From IMG/VR virus record IMGVR_UViG_3300021964_000017: a stretch of DNA of 64,000 bases; one strand, given 5' to 3'. Below the pieces are notes generated by a model. That model did not search any database and was not told the origin of the DNA. It worked only from the letters and a program-made list of their open reading frames with translations. This DNA is from a virus. The translations under genes were made by a program, and so were the position numbers. Below, piece by piece: positions 54,475-63,965 of this stretch; position 1 is the stretch's first letter; the number at the start of each line of letters is the position of its first letter.

Positions 54475-56703
54475 CTAAAAAGTAATCTCACATGCGCCCC
54501 CTTGACACGCTACGGCGCCCATTGTATCAATCTCTGTAAAACGCTTCTCATCCAGTTCGTCAACAAAGTCAATAGAGTTAATGTTCTGTTGAATCTTTGT
54601 CCACTTATGAAGGAGGAATACATCTTTGAGACAATACTCTGCTTCTTTGAGATCATTCATAAAATAGTTATCAGCAAACTTATTGAATCGACGAATCCAC
54701 TCAGCGCGTAGATCTGATACTTCACCTTGATATTCTGGTGGTGTCTGAGCGATCATTGTAGCTTCCCACAAATCACGGAACCCTTGCTTACGTGTATCAA
54801 CAATCAAACCAGATGCAAACAAAGCGGCCTTACCATACTTGGATACAATCTGACTCTCAGTAAGTACTTCTGTCATTGGAGCCTGGGCAAAGTCTTTATC
54901 ACCAGAACCTGCCAAGAAACTAATACCAGCAAATGAATGACGGTTTTCGTACACATAGTCTTCTACTTGTGTCCACTGATGTGGCATGACAGTAACAGTG
55001 TTAGACACGTTGTGACGGGTCTTTGGATTGGCACACAACTCATAGTTGGTCCCAGCTTCTACCCAGTTATTCTGTACCAATGATACCTTTTCCAACAAGT
55101 CTGTTGCATATAGGTCTTCACGATACAATGAATTCTCGGGTGAGATAACAGGGAAGCCAATACAATAGTCAGTACCATTAGCTGACCACACTGACTCTTC
55201 TACCATGTATGGATTAGTCTTAGCAATCAGCTGAGCAACCTCGGTATCTTTGTTTAATTGAATATGACGCAGATAACGAGCAGAATGCTCACCATGTATA
55301 CCAGACGCCGTCTGGAGAAGTACGGAAGCGTTTCCAGACGGTTTAACGCACGTTGTTCGAGCGGCCGGATTAATTCCGATAAGTTCCGCAACTTGTTTAT
55401 TAACTTGTTTAACAATTTCAGCTCCTTCTTTTTGAACTTCTACATCGAGAAGAACATCTGGGTTATTCATCCAGCCTGTCACGGAAACCCCTAATAGTGC
55501 TTCGCGCTCAAAGATCTTCTTTGATGTATCCGTTAGATATTTAAAGTCTGTATAGCCAGCCTGCAGTGTACCCATAATAGCACCTGCGCGACAAGCCTTG
55601 AAAAACTCTTCTTTTGATGTACACTTAGATCCGTTGATCTCTGTGAGGTTACACCCCTGCCAACCAGACTCACCATCTAGCTGTGGGAACATACCAATTT
55701 CAACACAAGGGTTGGTTGTGATGTCTTTATCATCTACAAAGAAGAACCCTGGCTCTCCAAACTCTTTGATAGATTTCATCACATTGGAGAACTCTTCTTT
55801 TGTAACTTCATCACGAACAATAACAGCTGAGTTATTGGAACGGCCACGCTGTGGATTGTCGACAAACCAGTTCCCTGTCTTTGCTTTCAACATCTCTTCA
55901 TCATCTTTCGAGAACAAACAGATTGTTGCAGAACGACGAACACCACCAGCAAGTACAGCATCAGCTGCATGCATAGCAATATCATAGATGTCGATAGGAC
56001 GCAGACGAGTTTCACCTTTCAGCACACGCGATTGAATTAGATGCTCAATCTTATCCAACGAACGACGAAGTGGTTCTGGCCCTGGTGCTTTAAAGCCACC
56101 ATTGATCATTGCGCCCTTTGGACGGACTTGGTTAAGGTCAAAGTAAACCTTACGACCAGCCATCTCTGGCATCTGTTGATCGCTGGTAAAGTATGATGAC
56201 ATCAACGCACCTAGTGCATCTGCCCAACCTTCTACCGAGTCTTCTACTACCCAGCCTTTAGCTTGCTTCTTACGTTCAGCAATGCTGGGCATCTTATCTG
56301 CATGATGCTTCTGCACAGAGAATCCTGCACCAGCACCGCATAAGAGCACGTAAAACAGCTCAGAGAAGAACCTTGGACGGTCTGCATAGGTAGAGGTGCA
56401 GTTGTACATTCTCATCATGTGTTTTAGTAGCTGATCGCCACCAAACTGCAATGCACGTTGTGCTCCTAGAGCATACTTCAGCTTATATGAAGACTCAGCT
56501 TCATCAATCAATAGCTGCAGCTCTGGAGTCATTTTTTCTGTATAGAAGTCACGATGCATGTCCATTACGCGTGATACTGATTCGTCCCACATCTCATAGC
56601 GGCCCTTTTCATCATCCCATCTGGAATAGCCTTCATAGAATTTAGTTTGGGACATCAGGTCTCTTGTGTCCCTTTCCCGATTAGTTGGAACTGGTTTTAG
56701 CAT
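54475..56703 (-). CDS. nrdJ: Ribonucleotide reductase, most like class II monomeric (B12-dependent RTPR-type)
   Basis: YNC, G.GAGFSV, GGVRRSA.I.L, TNPCVEI, CNLTEI, TCVKPSG, C-terminal CQGGAC; start reassigned to MLKPV behind GAGG. Confidence 0.8.
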   Translation of the reverse strand: MLKPVPTNRERDTRDLMSQTKFYEGYSRWDDEKGRYEMWDESVSRVMDMHRDFYTEKMTPELQLLIDEAESSYKLKYALGAQRALQFGGDQLLKHMMRMYNCTSTYADRPRFFSELFYVLLCGAGAGFSVQKHHADKMPSIAERKKQAKGWVVEDSVEGWADALGALMSSYFTSDQQMPEMAGRKVYFDLNQVRPKGAMINGGFKAPGPEPLRRSLDKIEHLIQSRVLKGETRLRPIDIYDIAMHAADAVLAGGVRRSATICLFSKDDEEMLKAKTGNWFVDNPQRGRSNNSAVIVRDEVTKEEFSNVMKSIKEFGEPGFFFVDDKDITTNPCVEIGMFPQLDGESGWQGCNLTEINGSKCTSKEEFFKACRAGAIMGTLQAGYTDFKYLTDTSKKIFEREALLGVSVTGWMNNPDVLLDVEVQKEGAEIVKQVNKQVAELIGINPAARTTCVKPSGNASVLLQTASGIHGEHSARYLRHIQLNKDTEVAQLIAKTNPYMVEESVWSANGTDYCIGFPVISPENSLYREDLYATDLLEKVSLVQNNWVEAGTNYELCANPKTRHNVSNTVTVMPHQWTQVEDYVYENRHSFAGISFLAGSGDKDFAQAPMTEVLTESQIVSKYGKAALFASGLIVDTRKQGFRDLWEATMIAQTPPEYQGEVSDLRAEWIRRFNKFADNYFMNDLKEAEYCLKDVFLLHKWTKIQQNINSIDFVDELDEKRFTEIDTMGAVACQGGACEITF

Positions 56704-56782
56704 CGTGCACCTCGTTGGAATATATGTATGGATGTCCATGACTGTATGCCATAGATCTATTGTTTTATTGTTTGTTGGTAGC

Positions 56783-56811
56783 ATTATATAGGATTTTCCC
56801 AAACTGGTAAA
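56783..56811 (-). promoter_or_regulatory. sigma70-type promoter for nrdJ
   Basis: TTTACC-17-TATAAT. Confidence 0.6.
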
Positions 56812-56847
56812 CGCGGGGAAACGCCTATATTTAAAATATATATTTTT

Positions 56848-57255
56848 TTATTTTTCTTCGGGAGATGGCTTGGGCTCATCTGGTGTTAGAGCTTCTTCAT
56901 AGTATGCAATAATGGCCTGTTGGTCTTTCACATACCTACGAAGATCAGCAATACCAATTGCCAAGTTCTCGTACCCCTTAGGAGTAATTGAAAACAAAAC
57001 TACATTGCCAGTCTTAGTGTCAATCTCGGCTAGCTTCTCTTCTAAATTCTCTTCAGTAATAACAAACCAATCAACCGGAGGAAAATCTACAGCCTTCGGT
57101 CTTTCCTGAAGTGGAATGTTCTGTTCTTGGTACTCAGTTGCTACTACTACTGTCGGTTCCGGTGGTCTCCCCAGACATCCCGCCAGCAGGATTGGTGTCG
57201 TCAGAAGGAGGAGTAGTTTCGTCTTGGATCCGCCCAATAAGTTTGTTGACAGCAT
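56848..57255 (-). CDS. Outer-membrane lipoprotein, o-spanin (Rz1-like)
   Basis: Hydrophobic stretch plus lipobox LLAGC, Pro-rich, YENL....DL.RY..Q...I.YYE; overlaps the i-spanin 3' end; start uncertain. Confidence 0.75.
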   Translation of the reverse strand: MLSTNLLGGSKTKLLLLLTTPILLAGCLGRPPEPTVVVATEYQEQNIPLQERPKAVDFPPVDWFVITEENLEEKLAEIDTKTGNVVLFSITPKGYENLAIGIADLRRYVKDQQAIIAYYEEALTPDEPKPSPEEK

Positions 57256-57583
57256 TGTTGACTCTGTCTTCAAGTCCTTGCGCATTTGTTAATGCCTCCA
57301 TTGTCAAGTCGATTTTAGCAAACACACCTCTTAGCTTATCAAGATGTTCTTGTGATTGCTGCAATCTTTTGGTTAAATCATTATTTAGTTGTTCATTCTT
57401 TTTTGCATCAGCAGTAATCTTCTCTACAGTCGCCTGGAGTGTTTCTGTTGCTGTTACCAATTTAACATTGTTTTCTCTCAATGTCCCAATTGTTTCCTGT
57501 GACCACATATAATAACTGTATCCAGCATACCCCACGCCAGACATCAAAGATACAAGAAACAGGAATAAGTATACCTTAGCCAT
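57134..57583 (-). CDS. Inner-membrane spanin (Rz-like)
   Basis: N-terminal TM helix followed by a long coiled coil. Confidence 0.7.
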   Translation of the reverse strand: MAKVYLFLFLVSLMSGVGYAGYSYYMWSQETIGTLRENNVKLVTATETLQATVEKITADAKKNEQLNNDLTKRLQQSQEHLDKLRGVFAKIDLTMEALTNAQGLEDRVNNAVNKLIGRIQDETTPPSDDTNPAGGMSGETTGTDSSSSN

Positions 57584-58130
57584 TTTCTTCCATATGCTTT
57601 CTGAATCGTTTTAACAATACAGGAAGTTTATTCTTCTTCCGTCTACGATCCGTTACGTTAATTTCTTTAGGTCTTTTACCCATGACTGTAGTAGCTGGAT
57701 TAGGAATAGATCCTGTATTCACGGCTGCTACATCTTCGTTCTTTTGTTTACCTTTACGCATATTAATCTGCCAATGTGCTAGTTGTTTCTTACGCTTACT
57801 TGTAGAAGCTGATGATCTAATCTTTTTAAGAGTTGAGATAGAGGCTTTCTTTGGAATACCATGTCTAGCACTATCACCTTTGTCTTGAGGATTGCGGCCG
57901 TCTTGAAAGTTTTCATCTAATTTATCCATAACAAGTTCTTTTGCATACCCTTTGCCTTGAACTGTATTATCCCACTCCCAGTCACGTCTACGCTTATCCC
58001 ACATCATAATCTTATACTCACCTCTATGACGCTCGTTGTGATCCAAAGCCTTCTCAATCTTATATCGTTGACCTTTTATTGTAACTTCTACTTCACCATT
58101 ATTTCCAGCTTTTTTCCATCTAGGGGTCAT
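57576..58130 (-). CDS. Modular basic hypothetical protein (probable internal head protein)
   Basis: Modules separated by LDE/NF and KNE/DV. Confidence 0.65.
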   Translation of the reverse strand: MTPRWKKAGNNGEVEVTIKGQRYKIEKALDHNERHRGEYKIMMWDKRRRDWEWDNTVQGKGYAKELVMDKLDENFQDGRNPQDKGDSARHGIPKKASISTLKKIRSSASTSKRKKQLAHWQINMRKGKQKNEDVAAVNTGSIPNPATTVMGKRPKEINVTDRRRKKNKLPVLLKRFRKHMEENG

Positions 58131-58696
58131 ACCAATAGTTCCTCTACAGAAACATAAACCTTTTGATTTGTGTTGCGATGTGTCATCTCATATATCTGAA
58201 CACCAAAAATCTCGCCAACTGGATAACAATGCTCATCAGCAATAACCGTGTCTTTTTTGTTAACCATTTCATCCATCGATGAATTAAGAACTTTTGCGGT
58301 TGATACTTTATATGATCCTGGAGACAACCTACCATCTTCCAGTATAAACCACTGAGAGCTTTCTGTCAACAGATCTAAGTGATCAACACCAGCTTCTGTC
58401 AATGCTTCTATAATCTTTTTCTCAGATACACTAAACTGCTCTTTAATTAGATATAGAGCACTAACATAAGATCCTAACTTACCACCTGGGATCAGCTTCT
58501 TGATATTATACACCAATCTGTGGAATGGAGTATATGCATTGCGCTCTTCTGAACTATTAGGTCGTTGAATACGTTTACCATCTTTATCAATAATGCCTAG
58601 CTTAAACGCTTCCGTATCCTTAAAGTCTGTTACCAGCAACTTTAAGAATCTAAAAGTATATACTAGATCACCAGCGCGTTTAATGATACCCATCAT
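58127..58696 (-). CDS. Conserved T4-like hypothetical protein
   Basis: DLVYTFRFLKLL...F....AFKLGIID..G, AYT.FHRLV.N.K, AL.LIKE. Confidence 0.8.
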   Translation of the reverse strand: MMGIIKRAGDLVYTFRFLKLLVTDFKDTEAFKLGIIDKDGKRIQRPNSSEERNAYTPFHRLVYNIKKLIPGGKLGSYVSALYLIKEQFSVSEKKIIEALTEAGVDHLDLLTESSQWFILEDGRLSPGSYKVSTAKVLNSSMDEMVNKKDTVIADEHCYPVGEIFGVQIYEMTHRNTNQKVYVSVEELLV

Positions 58697-59040
58697 ATGT
58701 TCCTTAATGCGGCAGCTACAGTTGGGTCTATATCTATGTCCCCCTCTACAGCTTTTAGAAATACTAGAAATGGATTAATTATATTCCAATGGCTCTCCAG
58801 TAGCTTTAATTCCAGTATGTTTAACCCAGCTTCGATACCAAAGACATTGAATATAACTATCAAATGATTGAGAACAAGTCTCTCAGACAGCTTACCCGTT
58901 TCTAGATAACGATTCAACAATCTTTTAATATACTTGAACCTCTTCAGATCCTCTTGAAACTCCTCCGCATCAATATACTTTGGATTATAATAATGCTTTG
59001 CAGCATAGAGATGTAGGTTTTCTTCAGTTAATTTTAGCAT
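58693..59040 (-). CDS. Conserved T4-like hypothetical protein
   Basis: YA.K.Y.NP, EF.EDLKRFKYIKRL, ERL.LNH.I..FNVFG. Confidence 0.85.
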   Translation of the reverse strand: MLKLTEENLHLYAAKHYYNPKYIDAEEFQEDLKRFKYIKRLLNRYLETGKLSERLVLNHLIVIFNVFGIEAGLNILELKLLESHWNIINPFLVFLKAVEGDIDIDPTVAAALRNI

Positions 59041-59066
59041 GATTACCTCAGCAGAAGTCTTTACTC

Positions 59067-59435
59067 CTATTTAGAGGTAATAATACTCTTCATCTGTTCA
59101 ATTAAAGTGTTTTTAGTTTGACGACGATCAAGCTCTACACCATGTTCCCTACCAAGTGCTTCTAACTGTCTCTTTGACATTGATTCAAGATCTGTATCTT
59201 GAGAAGCCTCCTGTTGTTCAAATCTAATCGTCTCAGCTTCAAGTTTACCTTCTGTGATAAGATCAGTCAAATCATTCATTGGAGCTGTGGTGGCTGTATC
59301 CTTCTCTGCCCAGAAACCGTCAATCTCTTCCTGAGTAAATCGTTTGTTCAAAAGAATTTCATTTGTAGCCCAATGCTTCCAACCACTTGCAACTGGAACT
59401 GCCTTGGAGCACCACGAAGGAGGTTTAACAGCCAT
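59067..59435 (-). CDS. Hypothetical protein with C-terminal Rho-N/HeH-like motif
   Basis: LESMSKRQLEALGREHGVELDRRQTKNTLIEQM. Confidence 0.7.
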   Translation of the reverse strand: MAVKPPSWCSKAVPVASGWKHWATNEILLNKRFTQEEIDGFWAEKDTATTAPMNDLTDLITEGKLEAETIRFEQQEASQDTDLESMSKRQLEALGREHGVELDRRQTKNTLIEQMKSIITSK

Positions 59436-59437
59436 GT

Positions 59438-60139
59438 CTAGTTTCCTTTCATTTTAGCAGGGTTAATAACTGACTTGTCACCTTTCATATTGTCATTAGG
59501 ACGAGCTTTGCGAGCTGGTCCAGCGCGACCTGCTTTAGAGACGTCATCATGACCTTTTTCTTCCGTATCATCCATTTTAGCGCCAGCTTCCATATCAGCT
59601 TTTGCTTTCTTAGCTGTAGGAGACAACCCTTCGCCCGCTGGGCTACCTGGGTTAGCTTTGTCATCATGTTTTCTAGCTTCAAGAATACGTGCATATACAG
59701 ATGGAATAGTGCTTTCCATTTGGTCAGCATTTTGAATTGATGCCTTATCTTTTTTCTTAGTTGGATTCATTTCTACTTCATCATCTTTTTTTATAGCTTT
59801 CGAAACCGCTTTACGGCGGTTGTGAAGATACTCGTCGGAAGAATCTGTGTCACCGTCATTGTCGATATCTTTATCGTCGCGATCAGCATGCTTGCCTTTA
59901 AGCTCTTTTTTATCAACAGGGTCCATTTTAGAATTGTATAGTCCCTTTTTCATTTTCTCTTTGGAAGACATTTCTGTCTTCTCTTTATCTTTGTCCCAAG
60001 GAGCCTTAGGAAGCGTTACTGCTGCCTTACCTTTCTCAGAACTAGCCGCAGCTTTCGCCAATGCTTTTTTGTTTGCCATTTGTTGGTTTTCGTTGACTTG
60101 TGCATATGCTTCAGCCAACTTTGCTGTGATATTGCTCAT
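59438..60139 (-). CDS. Charged modular protein (probable prohead core/internal protein)
   Basis: L.EAY..VNE; DIDNDGDTDSSDEYLHNRRKAVSKAI; ILE/ARK; start reassigned behind AAGGAG. Confidence 0.7.
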   Translation of the reverse strand: MSNITAKLAEAYAQVNENQQMANKKALAKAAASSEKGKAAVTLPKAPWDKDKEKTEMSSKEKMKKGLYNSKMDPVDKKELKGKHADRDDKDIDNDGDTDSSDEYLHNRRKAVSKAIKKDDEVEMNPTKKKDKASIQNADQMESTIPSVYARILEARKHDDKANPGSPAGEGLSPTAKKAKADMEAGAKMDDTEEKGHDDVSKAGRAGPARKARPNDNMKGDKSVINPAKMKGN

Positions 60140-60150
60140 GTGTATTCTCC

Positions 60151-60429
60151 TTACATCCAAAGTTGAGCTGCAATTGATCCTGCAATAGCAACAACTGCTA
60201 CCCAGAATAGTTTATTAATTACTTTTACCGTATGTGCATTGTCTTCAACTTTACGATCAATTTCGTCTAGTTTCTGAGATAGTCTATTGACACGTTCATA
60301 CATTTTTTCATGATCATCTTTTAGTCCCGCCATTTTTTCTTCTGCTCTGGCCAAAGATACCATTGCATCAGCTAGTCTATCTAGCTTTTCCTCAATTCTT
60401 AGTAGGCGCGTGTTGGTTGTCTCTGCCAT
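60151..60429 (-). CDS. Coiled-coil protein with C-terminal TM helix
   Basis: RL.RIEEKLD.L.DA.V.LAR.EE; C-terminal hydrophobic helix. Confidence 0.75.
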   Translation of the reverse strand: MAETTNTRLLRIEEKLDRLADAMVSLARAEEKMAGLKDDHEKMYERVNRLSQKLDEIDRKVEDNAHTVKVINKLFWVAVVAIAGSIAAQLWM

Positions 60430-60435
60430 TTGTAT

Positions 60436-60744
60436 TTACCACTTTTCCTTATTTGCCCAATACGCAGCCGATGTTTTACCCTTTGCAATATTTTTAGCAT
60501 GTCTAGCTTTAAACGATGACCGCTTCTTCTTCATGCGATCTGATTCACCTTTTTTAGGGTCCCCTGCCGTTGATGCACCTTGCTCACCAAAACGAATAGT
60601 CTTTACTTTACCCCCATCTTTGACAACCACGATGTGGCTTTTCTTAGGATGGCTTGGAGTTCTTTTAGGTTTACTAAAACCAGATACACCAGCCCTTTTT
60701 AGAGCTGGATGCTTTTCTTCGGAAAAAGTCTTGAACGTAATCAT
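60436..60744 (-). CDS. Small basic protein with capsid-targeting-like N-terminus
   Basis: MITFKTFSEE; KP.RTP.HP.KSH.V, IRFG.QG, SF.ARH, SAAYWA.K.KW. Confidence 0.8.
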   Translation of the reverse strand: MITFKTFSEEKHPALKRAGVSGFSKPKRTPSHPKKSHIVVVKDGGKVKTIRFGEQGASTAGDPKKGESDRMKKKRSSFKARHAKNIAKGKTSAAYWANKEKW

Positions 60745-61886
60745 TTCTTAACCATCTTCTTTAGTCTGTCTAACTTAGTAGTGACGTTGATGGCGCCCTT
60801 CAGTCTATTGTTAGCTTTTCTTGAACCACTAAACGCATCATCACCTTTGGTTTTGTCCCAATATGATTGCATTGTATCTTTAGAAAGCTCATTAACTGAT
60901 TCTACATAACCTTTATCACCAGGCTTCTTACCGTGGTTCATAACCTTTTTACCCATTGGAGTAAGGTTACCTTTTTTATCATACATTTGATTAACAAGTT
61001 TCTTTTCAGCCGCAGTTAACTCATCGATCTGCTCAACTTCTTCACGGATTTTAACTTTAAACATTTTTTCAACTGTTTGTTTACCCATATGCTTGGCCAT
61101 AACCGTAAGAATCTTTTCATATACTTCAGTGTCCTGACCATCAACAAACTTGATAAGAGCCATTCCTGCTTTGCCAGTAGATAACATCTTAGCTGTTTTC
61201 ATAAAGTCAGCTTTATCTATGCCACCACTTTTCTTTGCATATGAGTTAAGTTCATCTGCAGCCTTTTTCATAGCAGGTGTTGCGGCTTCATTAACTGATT
61301 CTGTTGCAGCTACCTTAGCAGCAGATCCTTTGCCTTGCATTTTACGCAACTTGTCATCAGCTCTCTTCTGTCCGCCAATCCTCTTGTCTTGACGTCTAAC
61401 ATCAAAGACGCTGGCATTACCAGCATCAGCTGTAGACTTTCTCATATAGTTACTAAGAGTCTTAGCTGAAACTTCGTTCACGTCTGATACTTTAGTGCTT
61501 TCTTCCATCTTTTCTGACTCCAAATAGTCTCTGACCGAACGAATATAGTCAGTAGCTTTAGTTACTTTAGATTGAACCCACTCAGGAAGATTATCATCAT
61601 CCTTAACCATTGACATTAACTTTTCGTTAGCAGAACAGATCTGACGAAGTTGACCCTTCATCATTGAGCCCTCTTTATCATACTCTTCTGGATCTTTAGC
61701 TTCATTTTTAGACATAGAACCGGTCTTAACAACACCAGATCGTTTGATCTTGTTAATCAGCTTGAGTTTAGCTAATTGACTATTCTCACTCTTGACAACC
61801 TCTCTATCAACTGGTACCATACGAACTTTAGGTTTTCCATCTGGACCAACATACATCTCGGGTTTTTTATCTGCAGATTGTGTCAT
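60741..61886 (-). CDS. Polyprotein-like modular protein
   Basis: Repeated (V/I)xE junctions; LPEWVQSK.T.A.DY module; duplicated VNE-(V/L)S..T...Y module. Confidence 0.75.
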   Translation of the reverse strand: MTQSADKKPEMYVGPDGKPKVRMVPVDREVVKSENSQLAKLKLINKIKRSGVVKTGSMSKNEAKDPEEYDKEGSMMKGQLRQICSANEKLMSMVKDDDNLPEWVQSKVTKATDYIRSVRDYLESEKMEESTKVSDVNEVSAKTLSNYMRKSTADAGNASVFDVRRQDKRIGGQKRADDKLRKMQGKGSAAKVAATESVNEAATPAMKKAADELNSYAKKSGGIDKADFMKTAKMLSTGKAGMALIKFVDGQDTEVYEKILTVMAKHMGKQTVEKMFKVKIREEVEQIDELTAAEKKLVNQMYDKKGNLTPMGKKVMNHGKKPGDKGYVESVNELSKDTMQSYWDKTKGDDAFSGSRKANNRLKGAINVTTKLDRLKKMVKK

Positions 61887-63505
61887 TACGCTAGATCCTT
61901 ATCGTGGTTTAAACCACCTTGTTTTTTCTTTCTAATAAACGCGTTTACACGCGCGTGGCCCCACTGTGAGGGTGTTGTACCAGGTCTATGACCTGTCTTC
62001 CATGCAGCAACCCCTCGTTGATAAACTTTCTTTAGAGTGCCTGTTGAAATTCCTGATGCTTTTGATTTGTCTTCAAAAGATGCCTCTTGAACTGAGTTAT
62101 ATCCAATCCCAGTTGATTTTTTCTTCATATAGTCTTTCTGAGAAATTGGAGGTCCACCATATTCTTGCATGTTCTTTTTCTTCGTATCGTTAAGTCTAGC
62201 ACGATCCATCATACTATCGTGTTTCTTCTTGTCGGCTTCTTTCTCACGATCGATCTTGGCTTTTGCCATAGCTACTCGAGAGTCAGCTTCACCCATCATC
62301 TTGCGAACAAATGTTGTATGTTTAGATGGCTTTGTTTTAGCGTTAGCATCACCAGGGGCTGGACCATCTTTATTAGCTTGAAAGTGACGGTCTCTAGCAA
62401 TCTTTGTTGCTTTAGATAAACCTTTGTGATAACGAGCTGGTTGAGAACCTTCTCTGTCTTTAATATCTGGATCCTGCGCTTCTTGTTGACCTGGAGTCAT
62501 CTTACGAGCATGCTTAGCAGAAGCATCTGTGCCCCACTCATACTTGTATTCTTCAACAGTCTTCTTAGCAACTGAAGTAGCAATGGCCATCTTCTTATCC
62601 ATGGGCATATCAGGATTGTCACGCTCAATCGACTTAGCAACCTTCTCACGCTTCTTCAGTTCAGCTGGTGTGAGTGTCTTCTCTTCGATCTTTTCAACAG
62701 CATCTAACCATTGACGAGTCTTGCGGTCGGCAGTCTCAACAATCACATAGTTAGACCCTAGAACAGTTATCGTACCCACTTCATCTGTTTTCTTGATAAT
62801 AACAGATTCGCCCAACTGGAACAATTCTCCTTGCACAAACTTCTCACGAGTCTCTGAAACAGAATCTAATGCAATGTGCCTCTTGAATTCACTAGCTTCG
62901 CGAAGTCCCATTCCTTTACGCACATCATTAAACAAACGCTTTGCATCTGCTGTCGACATTGTCTTAGGAAGACCTTGAGAGAACTTAGTAAAGTCGTTAT
63001 CGGATGCAAAGCCACGTTGTTTAGTGCCAGAAGCACCCTCTGCGCCCTTAGCATCTGGATCTCTTTGTCCTGCAGATACAATCTTAATACCATTATTAAA
63101 GTTGTAAAAACCATGAGCGCCTTTTTTGCCATTGTACTTGTTCAGACGAATATCATACTCTTGTATTCTATCTGATCCTGCAACCATAACCACTTTACGG
63201 AAGCCTTCATCATATAATGCAGATAGCGCATCGAATGGAGTCTTAACCTTCTTATTAATCATTACTGAACGTGCATGCTTTGGAAACATCTTACGCACAT
63301 GTTTGACTTTGTCCTGATACTGCACAGGATTATCTTTTTTGTCGTTAGATTGTGATAGGAACAGTTTGTATGGATTACGACCAGCCACTGATGCTAGCTT
63401 ATCCATAAGTTTGCCATGACCCACAGTTGGAGGATTCATTCTACCAAAGGCAAAATAAACCACTCGATCCTCTTCTACAAGGTATTGGCTAAAAGAATTA
63501 ATCAT
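61886..63505 (-). CDS. Cytidylyltransferase-like (HxGH) nucleotidyltransferase with modular C-terminal extension
   Basis: FGRMNPPTVGH, VAGSDR, SAG.RDPD..G..G.S.TK.R; C-terminal L..VY.RG.AAW.TGHRPG.T..QW..ARVN.F. Confidence 0.85.
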   Translation of the reverse strand: MINSFSQYLVEEDRVVYFAFGRMNPPTVGHGKLMDKLASVAGRNPYKLFLSQSNDKKDNPVQYQDKVKHVRKMFPKHARSVMINKKVKTPFDALSALYDEGFRKVVMVAGSDRIQEYDIRLNKYNGKKGAHGFYNFNNGIKIVSAGQRDPDAKGAEGASGTKQRGFASDNDFTKFSQGLPKTMSTADAKRLFNDVRKGMGLREASEFKRHIALDSVSETREKFVQGELFQLGESVIIKKTDEVGTITVLGSNYVIVETADRKTRQWLDAVEKIEEKTLTPAELKKREKVAKSIERDNPDMPMDKKMAIATSVAKKTVEEYKYEWGTDASAKHARKMTPGQQEAQDPDIKDREGSQPARYHKGLSKATKIARDRHFQANKDGPAPGDANAKTKPSKHTTFVRKMMGEADSRVAMAKAKIDREKEADKKKHDSMMDRARLNDTKKKNMQEYGGPPISQKDYMKKKSTGIGYNSVQEASFEDKSKASGISTGTLKKVYQRGVAAWKTGHRPGTTPSQWGHARVNAFIRKKKQGGLNHDKDLA

Positions 63506-63965
63506 TTTTTGTATTTGCTCTATCTAGTGAAGCGTTCGATTTACCACGTTTACGCTCTTGTTCAAGTTTACGCATCTTAGGAAGTAGCTTCTTTGCAATT
63601 CTATCGATACGCGGCTTGAGCTTATCTAGTCTCTTTTCTATCTCTTGTTTTCTTGCAAATGATAGATCAGAATAATTACCTTTGGCGAGCTTTTTAGCAA
63701 TCATGTTACGTGCCTGCTTTTGAGCACGACGTTTCAGCCGCTTAGGATCTGCTGTCCTACGAGCGGCCTTTTCTTTACCTATTTTGATGCGGGATGCATA
63801 TTTCTTCATCTGGCGAGAACGCTTCATTCTCTGCTGCAGAGTCAGCGCTTCGTCAACGTCACTATCTTCTACTTTACGTTTCTTAGCATTGTACTTGACT
63901 TGATCAGGCTCACCAGGAGCTAAATCTACGTTTAGATAGTCTTTAAAATTTAGTTTCTTAACCAT
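63498..63965 (-). CDS. Highly basic conserved hypothetical protein
   Basis: LNFKDYL; VDE/ALT.QQR.KR.R; RA.KQAR. Confidence 0.8.
   Translation of the reverse strand: MVKKLNFKDYLNVDLAPGEPDQVKYNAKKRKVEDSDVDEALTLQQRMKRSRQMKKYASRIKIGKEKAARRTADPKRLKRRAQKQARNMIAKKLAKGNYSDLSFARKQEIEKRLDKLKPRIDRIAKKLLPKMRKLEQERKRGKSNASLDRANTKND

Noticed and set aside
54475-56847. Intein/intron in the RNR, or a B12 riboswitch/NrdR box upstream
   Set aside because: ORF is continuous and of normal length; the leader is short and the NrdR-like bases coincide with the -10 element
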